Positions 37,401 to 51,018 are shown, counted from the stretch's first letter. The stretch: DNA of 64,000 bases from Eledone cirrhosa (GCA_964016885.1 OZ024743.1:165788001-165852000), one strand, 5' to 3'. Notes: generated from the letters alone by a model not told the origin. A program made the numbers and translations.

Positions 37401-40400
37401 ATGGAAAAATTTGAACAGGGACAAAACAGAGAGGCAGTACAATAAATGTTTATTAATTTCACGCTCAGGAGAGTGGGGTGTAGGTGGGGGACGACGTTTC
37501 GGGCATAAGCCCTTCCTCAGGTGAGAAGTGTGTGGGAACAGAGTTCAAAAGGTGTGTAGGGGAGTGGTGGAGAGACATATAGCGAAAGGAAACGGTGCGA
37601 ATGAAAAAATAACAAATAAAGATAAAAATAAAAATAAAGCATGATCAAAATACAAGGAATGAGATAAATTTAAAAATAAAGGCATGATCAAAATAAACTG
37701 AAATTAAAAGGGGGGTAAACAGGTGGTGGAAGGGTGTGGGGTGAGTAGGGGTGGTGGCGGGTGGAGTGGGGAGAGGGAGACGGGGTGTCCGAGCGGTGAG
37801 GGCTGAAGGTGGTGTGTGCGTGTAGGTGTGCGTGTGTGTGTGTGTGTGTATGTGAAAGTAAGGGTTGGGGGAAGAACGGGGTTGCATGTTCAGGAAGAGG
37901 TGTGTGTGGGGGGTGTTTTTGTGGGTCGGAGTGTCTGTGCGTGTGTGGATAGGGGGTGGGGGGAGAGGAATCAGGAGGCTGAGGGTGTAAATATGTGGTG
38001 GAAAGCACCTGTTGTGGGTGTGGGTGGCGTGTGGAGAAAAGAATTTTTTGGGGGTGTGTGTGGGTGAGTTATATAGGTGATTACGTAAGAGGATGGTTGA
38101 AAAGTTGGTAAATTCCAAGGATGTTTAGTGGATTGGTTGTAAGTCAATTTCTGCGTATGGGTAATCCATGAAGCGGTGGTCGGAAGAGGAAAGATGTGGG
38201 GTGCGCGCGCAACAGGAAGTGGTCAGCAGTGGGAGTGCTGTGGTCTGTTAGTGCTGGGAGGTGGTCAGAGGGCATAGCAGCAGTCGGTGGAATGGTAAGG
38301 GGGCGAGGATGGGTAGGTGTAAAAGTTGGAGTGAGGAGTGTGTGTGTGTGTGTGTATTAGTAGGGGTGTGTGGGATGAGTGAGTGTGGAGCGAGGGTGTG
38401 GGTGGAGCGGGGAGAGAAGGGTGTGTGTGGTTCTATGGAGGGAGTGTGGTGTACTGGTGTGTGTGTAGTTTGATGAAGAGGTGTTAGTGGGTGTTAGTAT
38501 ACGGGAGGTAGGGAGGGGTTGAATGCAGGTGTGAGTGGGGGTTAGTGGTGGTAGGGTGTGTAGAGTTGGTGGTGTACGAGGGGTGTGAGTACGTGTGCGT
38601 GGGGTTGGGGGTGTTAGTGATGTTAGTTGCGTGTGGGGTGGGTGGTGTAAGTGGGTGCGTGTGTTCGTGTGCTTGGGGTTAGGGGGTGTTAGTGAGGTTA
38701 GTTGCGGGGTGGTGGGATGGAGGTGTGGGGGTGAGAGGGGGTGGGGGTGAGGGTTAGTGGTGGTAGTAGGGTGTGTGTTTAGTGTGAGCGCGTGTATATA
38801 TGTGCTGGTGGGTGTGTGCGTGTGATAAGGAGGGGGAGGAGGAGAAGAGTGTAGGGAAGGGATGTTAGTATGTTAGTTGGGGAAGGGTGGTCAGATGAGG
38901 GGTGGAGTGGAGGTGTTAGTATTGTTAGTGTGGGGTGGGCGGTGAAAAGGAGGGGTGTGTTAGTGGTGTTAGTGGGGGATAAGTGTGGGGGAGGGGGGCG
39001 GTCGAACGCTAAAGGAATAAGGGTGGGGAGTTCAGGCCGGGGGGAGTGTGGGTCTGTAAGATGAAGATAGTTCGTTGTTCGACCGTAAGGCGATGGGCGG
39101 GTGTTCCGTGGCACTGGAGTAGGCCACAGACTGTGAGATGGCGTGCGGAGTGTCCAGGGCCACCAAAGTGGCGGGCGATGGGGGAACTGCCCCCGAGACG
39201 AATATCCCGGAGGTGCTCCGTGACTCGGTCCGCCAGGCGACGTCCCGTCTGTCCGACATAAGTCGCGCTGCACACCGTGCAGCGAAGTTCGTAGACTAGG
39301 TTGGGGGAGGTGCAGCGGAAGGCATGCCGGACCGAGAGAGAGTGGCCGTTGGGACCCTGGAAGGTGGTGGTGTTGGTGATGTGGGGACAGGTGTTGCAGC
39401 GGGGCCTAGAACAGGGAAAGGAACCGGGGGGGAACAGAGCGTGGGTTGGGGGGTAGGGAGCTGTGGACGAGGAGGGTGCGGAGATTGCGTGCGCGTTTGA
39501 AGGAGGGGAGTGGTGGGGTTGGGAAGATGTGGGAGGTGGAGGGGTCGGACTGGAGGCGTCGGAAGAGGCGGCGGATGGTGCGGTGGAGGGGTAAGGTGGA
39601 GGGGTGGTAGGTGATGGGGAAGGGGAGACGGTGGGTGGGTGTGCGGTGGCGTGGGGTGAGGGTGGTGGAGCGGGGGACAGCACGGGCGCGGGTGAGAGCG
39701 GTGTAGACGAGAGAGGGGGGTAACCTCTGCGGATGAAATGGCTGACTAGGGAAAGGGCCTGGGACTCGAAGTCAGCATCACGGCTACAGAGGCGGCGGAT
39801 CCTGAGAAGTTGGGAGTAGGGAATGGAGTGTTTAGTGTGGGTGGGGTGGGAAGAGGTGAAGTCGAGGTAAGAGTGGGAGTCGGTGGGTTTGAAGAAGGCG
39901 GAGGTGACGAGGGAGTGGTGGGAGGGGTCGAAGGCGACGGAGATGTCTAAGAAGTGGACGTGGGTGGTGGAGATAGAGGTGGTGAAGTGGAGGGAGGGGT
40001 GGAAGGAGCAGAAGAAGGAGAGAAAGGAGTCGAGCTGTTCTCGGGTGAGGGTCGTGGCTCCGATACAGTCGTCAATGTAACGACCGTACAGTTCGGGCGT
40101 GGGGCCGGTGTACTGGGCAAAGATTTGGGCCTCAACATGGCCAACAAAAAGGTTGGCATAGTTCGGGCCCATTCTTGTGCCCATGGCTACCCCCGTGACC
40201 TGTTGGTTAAACTCACCCTAGAAGGAGAAACAATTTAGGGTGAGGACCAGCTCGGCGAGGCGAAGGAGGGTGGGGTGGAGGGAATGGGGGAGGGGCGAAG
40301 GTCTAGGTAGTGTTTGAGGGCGCGAAGGCCGTCGGCGTGGGGGATGACTGTATAGAGGGACTTGATGTCTAGGGTGAAGAGGAAGGGCTGTAGGCCGGGT

Positions 40401-40952
40401 GGGTAGGTGAAGGAGTCGAAAAGGCGCAGGGCGTGGTTGGTGTCGGAGATGTGAGAGGGGAGGGTGGTGACAAGGGGGGGGGGGGGGGGGAGTCTAGAAA
40501 GGCGGAGATGAGTTCGGTGGGGCAGTTGCAAGCGGAGACGATGGGGCGGTCGGGGTTGTCGGGTTTGTGGAGTTTGGGGAGGAAGTAGATGGTGGGGGTG
40601 CGGGGGGTGTGGACGATGAGGTGGGAAGCGGTGGGGGGAGGAGGGAGGAGGCGATAAGGTCTTTGATGGTGGAGGAGACTTGCTGTTGGTAGAGGGGGTG
40701 GGGTCGGAGGGTAGAGGGCGGTAAAAGAGGGGGTTACAGAGCTGCCTGAGGGCTTCGGCCGTGTAGAGGTCCGCGCGCCATACCACTACGGCGCCTCCCT
40801 TGTCCGCCGGTTTGATGACGATGTCATCTCGGCTACGGAGGGAGCGGTGAGCGAGGAGTTCACCCCGTAAGATATTGTGCCGTTTGGAACGGTGGCAGAA
40901 GTCGAAACGATTTACTGCGCTACGGCTGGCATCGACGAAGGCGTCCAGGGTG
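37400..40952 (-). mobile_element. Penelope-like element (Neptune-type RT + GIY-YIG), 5'-truncated and frameshifted
   Basis: IKPADKGG, LDIKSLYTVIPH, MGTRMGPNYANLF, YGRYIDD, CSRPRCNTC, LVYELRC..YVGQTGR..GLN; long C/A-rich 3' UTR; ends at (TA)n. Confidence 0.9.
37488..37527 (-). ncRNA. Minimal hammerhead in a PLE 3' end
   Basis: Minus strand reads CTGAGGAA-GGGC-ttat-GCCC-GAAACGTC; stem I is short. Confidence 0.7.
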
Positions 40953-41035
40953 CTATATATTAAAATAACAGATTAAAGTTTAAGTAAGGAATCGCTGCTT
41001 TCACCCTTATCGAGCCCTCTTTGGATTTTAGTCTT

Positions 41036-41125
<90 letters not shown>

Positions 41126-41264
41126 AAATATCCAGAAGTTATATTTAATTTGTTGGGATTCAACAAGCTTAAACATTTTTATAACTGATATAAAGCAATC
41201 AACAAGTTAGTGGAGTAAATACACAATATATTAATAAATGCAAACTATATTTATAAAACCATAT

Positions 41265-41332
41265 TTATTTTATTATACATATTTCAAGGGCAACCAAGGC
41301 AAATTATGGTGCGCTTTCATCAGATAAAATAC
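41265..41332 (-). ncRNA. Type I hammerhead (AT-rich PLE terminal family)
   Basis: Minus strand reads TATTTTAT-CTGATGA-AAGcGCACCA..TGGTtGCcCTT-GAAATATGTATA-ATAAAATA. Confidence 0.8.
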
Positions 41333-41844
41333 AGATTTTTTTTATAAATAAATATTGACAAAAATTTGCGAGAGTTTACAAAAGAATAACCACTTAATTA
41401 TATTATAAAAACAATAAGGAAGTGTAAAGGAAGTTAGAAGTGATTTTTTAAGATCTCATATGACTCCAGGGATTAAATGTTATAAAGTTAAAAAGTTAAA
41501 TATTTTTCATCTTAAGAATATAATTAAAATATGAACCATATGTTATTTTATACGAAGTCATAAATTTACTAGCTATAAAGTTAAAAATTTAAAAAAAAAT
41601 TTATCTTAAGAATATATTTAAAGCATAAACCATAGGTTATTCCACATATATATATAAAAACCTATATATAAAAATCATATGTTTTTCCACATATATTAAA
41701 AACGTTTGAAGATATAAAAATATAAAAATATTGGAAGGTATGAAAATAATGGTTTTTCTATATCTTTCAAAGGAATTTTCAAAAGATTTTTCCTAAAACC
41801 TTCCGTAAGTTTTTCAAGAAAAATGTTTCAAGCAGTCATATAGA

Positions 41845-42732
41845 TTAATTTGCAAGACCATAAAAGAAATTTTGAAATTTAATTACCAGTTAGATTGATT
41901 GCCCCATCTAAATCGGACCTTGGCATACTTAGCAAGAATATTTTAGATAGAATCATACCACAACTTAAGGAAATATCTTATTTAAAATTATGGAATGGAC
42001 TAATGAAGTTATTGACTAGTTTAAGGACATTAAATATAAACATAACAATAAATTCATTCAATTGGATATTGCTAATTATTACTCATCTATCACTCCTAAT
42101 CTACTTAATAAAGCCCTTACATATACATTTAAATATACAAATTTAACTAGCAATGAAATGCACATTATCTTAACTGCACGTAAAACATTAATTAAATTTA
42201 GCAACCACCTTTGGACTAGAGCAGATAGGGATAACAATTTCGATATCACTATGGGGTCATCGGACTCGGCGCAATTAACGGATCTTGTGGGATTTTTATT
42301 AACAATACTTTACATAGGAAAATACTGGAGATGACCGGTGGTTTATATCGTGATGATATGCTATTACTTATTGAAAATAATAATAATTGTGAAATAAATA
42401 GGAAAAGAAAAGAAATTATACAATTTTTTAATAGCGTTAATCTTAAAGTAGAGAATAATTATAAAATAATTAATTTTTTAGATGTAACTTTAAACCTTAA
42501 TACTGGTCTTTATTATCCATTTCATAAAATAAATGAGAATTTAAACTATGTTAACTTTAATTCCAATCACCCCAGATCCGTTAAAAACACTATTGTAAAT
42601 TCTGTGCAGCAACGTATTTTTAGAATTTCAGCGAATAAAAGTATATTTGAAGATAAAGCACAATATTATAACGAAGCGTTAGGTAGAGCAGGCTATAGTA
42701 ATGAAATTAAATACATTGACAATAAGGTTTTA
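41845..42732 (+). mobile_element. Naiad-like PLE RT fragment
   Basis: RLIAPSKSDLG, DIANYYSSI, FDITMGSSDSAQLTDLVG, GLYRDDML, NFLDVTLNL, SNHP. Confidence 0.85.
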
Positions 42733-42794
42733 GGAAAAATCTTTTGAAAATTCCTTTTATATTTTTATATCTTCAAACGTTTTTAATATATATA

Positions 42795-43278
42795 TCCAAA
42801 TGTTTATACAATATTAAATAAATGGAAAACTATATTTATAAAACCATATTTATTTCATTATATATATTTCGGGGATATCATATTAACAATATGCTATGCC
42901 TTCATCAGACAAAATACAATATAAACAGTTTTATAGATAAATATATTCGACATACCGTGATAAACATCGACTTCATTTGAAGAGGTTTACGCTAGCAGTG
43001 AAAATACAGAGAGAAAGAAAGAGAAAGAAAAGAGGGAAAAAAAGAAAGAAAGACAAAACGAAGAAAAGGAAGAAAAAGAAGAAAAAGAAAAAAGAAGAAA
43101 TGCATGGAACAAAATAGAGAGATGGAAAAATAGATAAAGCGAAGAGCTTCATGTAAAGAGACAGAAAGAGATATATATATATATATAGAGAGAGAGGAAA
43201 TAGAGATAGATACATATATATATATATAGAAAATTAGGTAGTGGGAGGTCATTTTGAGTAAGTGTATCAATGATACAT

Positions 43279-43309
<31 letters not shown>

Positions 43310-46300
43310 GCTCAAGTATTAATGTAAGGGAGATATATAGAGAGATATAGAGAGATATAGAGAGAGAAAAAAAATTTAAAAATAGCCAGACATATTCGAG
43401 GCGTAGAAAACCCTATGTTTTAATGTATTAGTATTTATAAAACTTACACTACATTGTAAATATCAGTATTCCTGAATGGAACAAGTATTCACAATGTGTG
43501 AAAATTCATTATCTTATGTTTAGTTTTAAAAAATTCATATGTTTATGTGACAGCTACAAACATCAATGTGAGTCCAACTGATTCACTCCGCAAACTCTAA
43601 GTTACCGGAAAACATTCTCAATGTGGTATAAAAATTTGAGCGCATTATTATTCTTGCGATTACTCTACAAGATTATCTATCAAGCAGAAATAGAGAGCAG
43701 ATTTCAATATACTAATCAAAAATATATATTATATTATAAACAAAACTAAAAATAAAAAGATACCAATAATAATAATAATAAGTAAAAATATATAAAAATA
43801 TAGAATAGAAAACTAAAAAAATAATATTACGAAAGAATATTACATAATAAAAATATTGCATATTAAAAATACTACGTATTAAAAAATATTACGTATTAAA
43901 AATTTACATATAAAAATATTAAAAATAAAATAAAAATAAAAATATTATAGAATACTACAATACTAAAAGAATAAAAATAAAAATAAAAATAAAAATAAAA
44001 AAATAAAAATAAAAATAAAAATAAAAATAAACCACAAAGAACAACCCTTCAAAGTTAATTGACAATATATTGCCAAGTTCATTACAAGACAAAGCCAAAA
44101 ATTATCTATCAAATCACATCTAGCAAAGAACATCTCAAAACGATTATGATGTCCAATTATGTCTACATATGTTCCTATATTTAATATAGAAGTTTATCTA
44201 GTGTAAGGTTAATTCAAAAAATTTGGAGCATCGGCTTTTAGGGTAGCTTAATTTTTCATGAGGAATGTTTAGATAAAAATAAAAATAAATAAAATAAAAT
44301 AAAATAAAATAAACAATAAAAAGAGTAAAAAGAGGGAATCAAAGATTTAGGAATCAAAAATTTATCGGCTAGCTCTCACATAAACACAAATCAAACTAAA
44401 TATACTACATTTTAAATTTAAATTTATATTTAAACGTTGAGTTTAATCTATGTTTGCAACAACTGAATAAATTTGTCCGTAGGTTAAGGGAATTTTTAGA
44501 TTTTAGTATAAAGAATATCTCCTCTGCGCAGAGGTCACATGTCTCAGAGGATGAATTAAAAGGAATCCCTCTTGAGACTATATTCCAAGCCGTCGAATAT
44601 CTAACGTTATCTAGCTTAAGTTGCCAGAGTACGCCTGATAGTGCCGTTGAAGATTTTTTCATTTGGATCTGTGAAAGAATTCTTGTGGTTATTATAGCGA
44701 AGTTTAAATTCCGTTGATGTGGAACCGACGTAGTTAAAAGAATTAGAGTCAGTATTAACATTACAATTGTATACTATATTTTTAACTAAGCAGTTGTTAT
44801 TTAACGGACATTTAGATCTATCTCTACAGTTACATTTGTTAACTTGTATATTATTTATGCTATTATCAGTAGGTTTTAAGTTCCTATTATTTATTCTATT
44901 AATATTTTGTGCTAAATTTTTGGTGGATGAGTAGGTTAATTTAATTGTATGCCTATTGAAGATTGAGTGATACCTATGTGTTCTAGGGAAGCGATTATCA
45001 AGAGCTTTGAAAAATAATTTAGCGATGTGGGTTTTAATGTTTAGTGAGAAAGGGGGGGCAAACCAAATTATGTTCCTAGTTCTATTTCTTTTTTGTCCTT
45101 TGGAATTATTGTAATGCTTTCTATTATAGTTGTTAATGTTGTTGCCGTAATTAAAAAAGTTGTTACTTTGTTTAGTTTGTCTATCATTATCTATGTACAC
45201 AATCTTATCAGCATACCCTGCCCTAGCTAGTGCATCATTATAGTACTGGGCCTTTTCGTCAAAAATCTTTCTATTCGACGAGATCCTAGAGATACGTTTT
45301 TGGACTGAGTTTACTATAGTGTTTTTGACAGATCTGGGTGGTTAGAGTTAAAGTTGACATAGTTTAAGTTTTCATTCAACTTGTGAAAAGGATAGTGGAG
45401 ACATGTGTTGAGATTTAATGTTATATCTAGGAAATTGACTATTCTATGGTTGTTCTCAATTTCTATTTTAAGGTTAAAGTAATTAAAAAATTTTGTAATT
45501 TGTTTACATTTTCTATTTAGTTCAGGGTTATTATTATTAATAAGTAAAAGCATGTCATCCCTATATAAACCTCCGGTAGTACCAGGTATTTTCCTATGTA
45601 GCGAATTGATTAAAAATAAGCCCACAAGGTCAGTTACCTGAGCTGAGTCGGAAGATCCCATAGTTATGTCAAAATTGCTATCTCTATCTGCTCTGGTCCA
45701 TAATTTGTCATTAAATTCTATCAAAGTTTTCCTAGCCGATAATATAATATGCATTTCTTTGCTAGTTAGGTCCGTATGTTTGAATGCGTAATTTAGTGCC
45801 TTATTTAGTAGACTAGGGGTAATAGAAGAATAATAGTTAGCTATATCAAGTTGAATAAACCTATTATTATTGTTATATTTAATTTGCCTAAACCACTCAA
45901 CAACCTCTCCAGTTCCCCTCCACAAGCTCAGGTTAGATACACAATCCAAGTTCTTAATTTGCTGTATCACCCTGTCAGGAATGTTTTTGCTTAATTTGCC
46001 CAGGTCCGACTTTGAAGGTGCGATCAATCTAACTGGCAGGTCATTTTCAAAATTCCTCTTGTGGTCCTTCATATTGATCTTCGGTTTCCTGGGCACGAAA
46101 GGTTGTGTTCTGTTCTCAATTTCCAACTCATGCATTATACAAGATGCTTCAACATTCATTTTCTCAAGTTCGGCCTTATCTGCTACCTTGTATTTTTTCC
46201 TCAGCTCTTTCAGTATGAGGCCATTATACATGTCTTTCCGCACTCCATAGAGGTTGTTGGTCTTGTCAGATTTCACCAAGATCTTCTCAGTTTTCTCTAA

Positions 46301-46365
46301 GCGCTCAATGTTATCCTTAATGCCTTTCAGATATTCCTGGCCTTTAAAATTTCTCTTGAATTTGA
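42795..46365 (-). mobile_element. Naiad-like Penelope element (RT + GIY-YIG + AT-rich 3' UTR), 5'-truncated
   Basis: KSDKTNNLY, ITMGSSDSAQ, LYRDD, IIWFAPPFS, CNC..CPLNNNCL..IVY..YVGST..FKLRYNNH, CDLC, CKH. Confidence 0.85.
42851..42916 (-). ncRNA. Type I hammerhead at the 3' end of the Naiad-like element
   Basis: Minus strand reads TATTTTGT-CTGATGA-aGGcATAgCATATT..AATATGaTATcCCc-GAAATATATATA-ATGAAATA. Confidence 0.75.
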
Positions 46366-46371
46366 TATATA

Positions 46372-47640
46372 TATATTTGGAAAAACATATGATTTTTATA
46401 TATAGGTTTTTATATATATATGTGGAATAACCTATGGTTTAGGCTTTAAATATATTCTTAAGATAAATTTTTTTTTTTAATTTTTAACTTTATAGCTAGT
46501 AAATTTATGACTTCGTATAAAATAACATAATATGGTTCATGTTTTAATTATATTCTTAAGATAAAAAATGTTTAACTTTTTAACTTTATAACATTTAATC
46601 CTTGGAGTCATCTGAGATCTTAAAAAATCACTTATAACTTCCTTTACACTTCCTTACTGTTTTTATAATATAATTAAGTGGTTATTCGTTTGTAAACTCT
46701 CGCAAATTTTTCATAAATTTAGAATTATTTGGATGTTTAAATTTTGACTTACAACTTTTAATAAAATAAACTATATTAGATTTTCTCTAATGTAAAATAC
46801 TATATATTTATAATCCTTAACATACACATTTAAACTAATTATTAATATTAAATTATTAATTTAAATCTTTAATATTAAGGCAAATTTTAATCTTTAATTT
46901 TGATTTCTAATTTTTAATTTTAATCTAATTTTTCAACCTATCATTATAAGTATTATAATCAAAACGTAATGAACCCTGCATTATAAATATTCTTCTTCCA
47001 CGTTAATCTTATTTCTTCTTTCACTTAGATATACTTACGCTGTATATATTTATCTTTTGAAACTTATTTATTCATGCACTCTATCTTCACTATCAATATG
47101 TATAATCGTTCTTTCTTTCCTCTTCTCCTTTTTTTTTCGTTTTTCTTTTTTTCTCTCTCCCTTACATATCATCTTCTTCCAACAGTTTAATTTAAATAAA
47201 CCGTTATCTTTTCAACCTTTCGGACACTCATTTGCATACTCACTCATAACTTTGTATTACCCTCAATAAATGTACTTTCTCCACTATCCAGGAAGCTCCA
47301 ACCGTTCAGGTTGTCTTTTTTCCGGGTATGTCAATATTTATTTATAAAACAAATCTGTATTTTATCTGATGAAAGCGCACCAGAATGGTTGCATTTTTTA
47401 AGGGTATGTCAATATTTATTTATAAAACTAACCTATATTATATTTTATCTGATGAAAGCGCACCATAGTTTGCTCTGGTGGCCCTTGAAATGTGTATAAT
47501 GATATAAATATGGTTTTATAAATATAGTTTCCATTTGTTAATATATTGTATATTTACTCCAATAATTTGTTGAGTGCTTTATATCAGTTATAAAAATATT
47601 TTGCTTGTTGTATCCCAACAAATTAAATATAACCTCTACA
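46372..47640 (+). mobile_element. PLE 3' UTR/terminal segment, inverted relative to 41113-41695
   Basis: 46375-46712 is the reverse complement of about 41362-41695; 47441-47636 is related to the reverse complement of 41131-41332. Confidence 0.75.
47441..47506 (+). ncRNA. Type I hammerhead, preceded by a half copy at about 47359-47392
   Basis: TATTTTAT-CTGATGA(47449)-AAGcGCACCA..TGGTGgCcCTT-GAAA(47487)-TGTGTATA-ATGATATA. Confidence 0.75.
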
Positions 47641-47656
47641 TATATATATATATATA

Positions 47657-48402
47657 TATATAAATTAATATGTATGTGATGAAACACAGATACCAACACA
47701 TCTGTATATATATTGCAAAAGAAAAATTAGTATACTTCAATCTGGCTAAATTTTTCTTTTGCAATATATATACAGATGTGTTGGTATCTGTGTTTCATCA
47801 CATACATATTAATTTATACACTGCTCAGGGGGTATTTTCCTCCTTCGAGCTGATTCCATTGTAAAAGAATTCATTTCCTTATTAATTTTAACTGCTCCTA
47901 GTTTGAGCTGCAAGCCGCCTCATATATACGACTGTTATTTCTAGCAGTACGGTTATGAGACTAGTTAGATACTGTAAAACCATGTGCGTCACGCAGTCTT
48001 TTAAATTATTTAGAAGTGAAGCATATCAATTTGTCTCTGGATGTTTACTGAGGAGAGCAGGACATGATATTCCTACACTTATTTAACTCGAAACATATTT
48101 GGATCTTAAAGTTTAAACTTATCTACGGAACAGGTTTGATTTTGAAATTTAAATGTGTCTAAACATCACGGCCTCTTGGCAATACAGTTCGTCTTCGTTG
48201 ATTTATTATTTTAAATCGATATGGACAAACTGTAGTATAATAATTAGTATACTTCAATCTGGCTAAATTTTTCTTTTGCAATATATATACAGATGTGTTG
48301 GTATCTGTGTTTCATCACATACATATTAATTTATACACTGCTCAGGGGGTATTTTCCTCCTTCGAGCTGATTCCATTGTAAAAGAATTCATTACCTTATT
48401 AA
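47657..48402 (+). mobile_element. Non-coding hammerhead element: inverted 5' end plus about 1.3 copies of a 518 bp unit, in (TA)n
   Basis: 47657-47725 is the inverse of about 47749-47818; 47724-47887 is repeated at 48243-48402. Confidence 0.75.
48040..48167 (+). ncRNA. Type I hammerhead with extended stem III and branched stem II
   Basis: Stem I GATGTTTA/TAAACATC (perfect 8 bp); CTGAGGA 48048; GAG..CTC; GAAA 48090; stem III ACATATTT/AAATGTGT enclosing about 50 nt; GUC at 48157-48159. Confidence 0.85.
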
Positions 48403-48446
<44 letters not shown>

Positions 48447-48483
48447 TGTGTGTGTGTGAAAGAGTCGGGACCCAACGGCTGAG

Positions 48484-48560
48484 CTCTTGCCGCTTCAATA
48501 GCTAGTTCCAGATTAAATCGCAGATGTTTTGGCGGTGGAAAAAACTATTTCATCAGGAGA
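48484..48560 (-). ncRNA. Degenerate hammerhead-like motif
   Basis: Minus strand reads CTGATGA-AATAGT..GCTATT-GAAG; GAAA is altered and there is no valid NUH site. Confidence 0.4.
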
Positions 48561-50169
48561 TTCCGATGACCAAATAAGGGCATGCGTTATTTACCAGTTG
48601 TAAAATACCTTTAGGAAAGTATCTGGTTTGTTGGGTGAGTGGCTGTGTCTATATAAATATTTAGCCTAGTGATTGTTCATGTGTGTATGCATGAGGTCAA
48701 ATATATCTCTTCTAACCTAACTAGATAAATATAATATTGTAAAAGGGTCGAATTATCTTTATCAATGAGGTCTGTGGGGTTTTGTGGGTGTGTGTATCTC
48801 AACAAAATGCATGCTTTCATGATCTGTAGGCGCCCTAAGTGTTGAATTGGTGTCGATATCAAAGAATTGTATGAGACCAAAAACGAGTCATACCCATTAT
48901 AATGGGATTTATTTACTGTGACCTGGTCGTCTATCCAGCAGTGCACACACATATTTAAGATTTATCCACATATCAACATTAAGTTTCTATAGTAAGTCAA
49001 TCGTATAGTTGTGGTTCTTCTTCAGTTGACAGAATTTCTAAAAAAATTTAGGGGAATCACCAGGTTTTACACAAAACTATTTTAAAAGAAAAGTTGTAGA
49101 TAGTAATTGCTGTGATGGAAACGATAATATAAATCCTATTTAAGTCGGACAAATAAAATAAAATATAAAAAATAAAAAACTAGAATAAAAATATTAAATA
49201 AATACAGATAAAGGGGTGCGGTATTGCAGTGTGGTCAATTAGCCAGTACTAATTGGGGTAATTTCTAGTGGAATAAAATTTGTTATAATTACTCTGGTTC
49301 TCATATTTATATAGAAAAATTATGTTATTCATATGCGATGGACCCGCTGCATTATACAACTAGGTTAGTGATGATGATTATATATCATAGGTATTTAATG
49401 GAATGGGTAAAATGGGTAATTGCTAATTATTTATGCAAAATAAGGGCCTATATCATTTTCTTAGGTGTGTATTTATATTGCAAGGGCGGGGTTCTCCACA
49501 TGCAAGTAGGTAAAGGCCTTTCTGAAGTGGAGTGCTACAGTAGGTGTACACTCTAACACCGCTGTAGTAGGAAAGGTTGAGGTAGATATCTCTTTGGATG
49601 TATATCTATGTGGCTGAAAGGTTGGATGTGCAGCTCAAGTAGGTAGAATATGAGCAGCCTATGTATTTATTTCCTGAGCTAGAGATTTAGTTATGATGAT
49701 GGAGTGTGTTTTGTTATATTACTGATCGGTCAAACGCCCCAATAAGAGTTAATTCTATGTGAAGGTGCCTCTTTGGATGAATGGTTGGATGAATGGTTGG
49801 ATGTGCAGGTAGGTACATGATGGGCATCTTGTATACTTGTTTCGTGCACCAATACTTTAGTTTTAATGATGGTGTGTGTGTTTTGGTATGTAACTTTCCG
49901 TTCAAATACTTCAATAAGAGCTAATTGTGTGTGTATATATATATATGGGTGCATATGAACTTGCAAAAGTACTAGGGTGCCTATTGCAGAGTGTGTATGC
50001 ACAATAAATGTCGGGAAACATATTTCATAACAAGATCTGAAATTGACATGTGTTTGCACAATGTAACAAGTTCATCCTTTTTATTTAATAATTGTACCTT
50101 GGCGAACAGCATTTGGATTATTTGCACGGGAGATGTCCTCTTGTGTAAGATTTGGCCTTGGACAAGGGG

Positions 50170-50708
50170 CTCCATTTTAGTTCAAACATGGCAGGGCAAG
50201 TTGGCGCGAAGGAGACAGCTGTTAGCGACTGGAGCAATCGGGCCCCTGCCTCTGCAGCGTGAGGCGAGATGAGGTCTCTGAGGTGACCAGGCGCAGGCTG
50301 TCTACTCCGCCTCTGCTGCTACCTGGGAAGGATCTCAGGGTAGCTACTACGTGCTCACTAGACGCAGCCGGGGAGAGGTTGCTGGCCGGGGCTGGAATGT
50401 CCCTGATGTCAGCTGATAAGACATGGGCTGAAGTACAATATCGCTCGAGATCAGCACACCTACCGCCGCCGAAACGTCGCCTCCAATTAATTTGAGATTG
50501 ATTCTGTCCCGGAGACGTTTCGTGCTGTCGGAAGTGGACTAAGCAAACACCTGGGTTTACGACTTGTTTCCCTTTCATCACAACTGACACTCCCATTTCC
50601 TAAATTGGTCTTCTTTAAACTGTAGAATAATTTCCTCTCGGCCAATGACATTTCTTCCTCCAGCCGTACCATAAATAGGCGAAGCCCATCGGCTAATATC
50701 CATTTCAC
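50170..50708 (-). mobile_element. CRE-like non-LTR retrotransposon fragment (region upstream of the RT core)
   Basis: Across frames: KLIGGDVSAAVGVLISSD, VVATLRSFPGSSRGGVDSLR, AEAGARLLQSLT; recognised from memory of CRE-type ORFs. Confidence 0.55.
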
Positions 50709-51018
50709 TTCCTCCTCCTTCCCTTCTAAAAATATTCTTATTTTATTTCATTGTTATTATTCTCTGAAGATTCATCGATAATAAATATATTACGAGAAAT
50801 TGAATAGAAAAATGCATACCTAACCAGTTCCCGTAGACGATTATATAACTGGATATGAAACACATGTTAGATTAAATAATCAAATAAATTTCTCTTCATT
50901 CCTTGCCTGCTTTTCCTAATATGATAATTTATACTAATTTACTCAGCGAATTCTTGGAACCTGTACCATTCGTGTGAATATTTAGCATCTGAAATATTAA
51001 ATCACAGGACTCCATCAA

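Noticed and set aside
44405-45200. Selenocysteine recoding, as reported for some Naiad PLEs
   Set aside because: The CNC, CPL..C, CDLC and CKH positions all read as ordinary Cys. The ORF breaks are frameshifts rather than in-frame UGA.
50755-50815. CTGAAGA...GAAA as a hammerhead
   Set aside because: I could not build consistent stems I and II with an NUH site.
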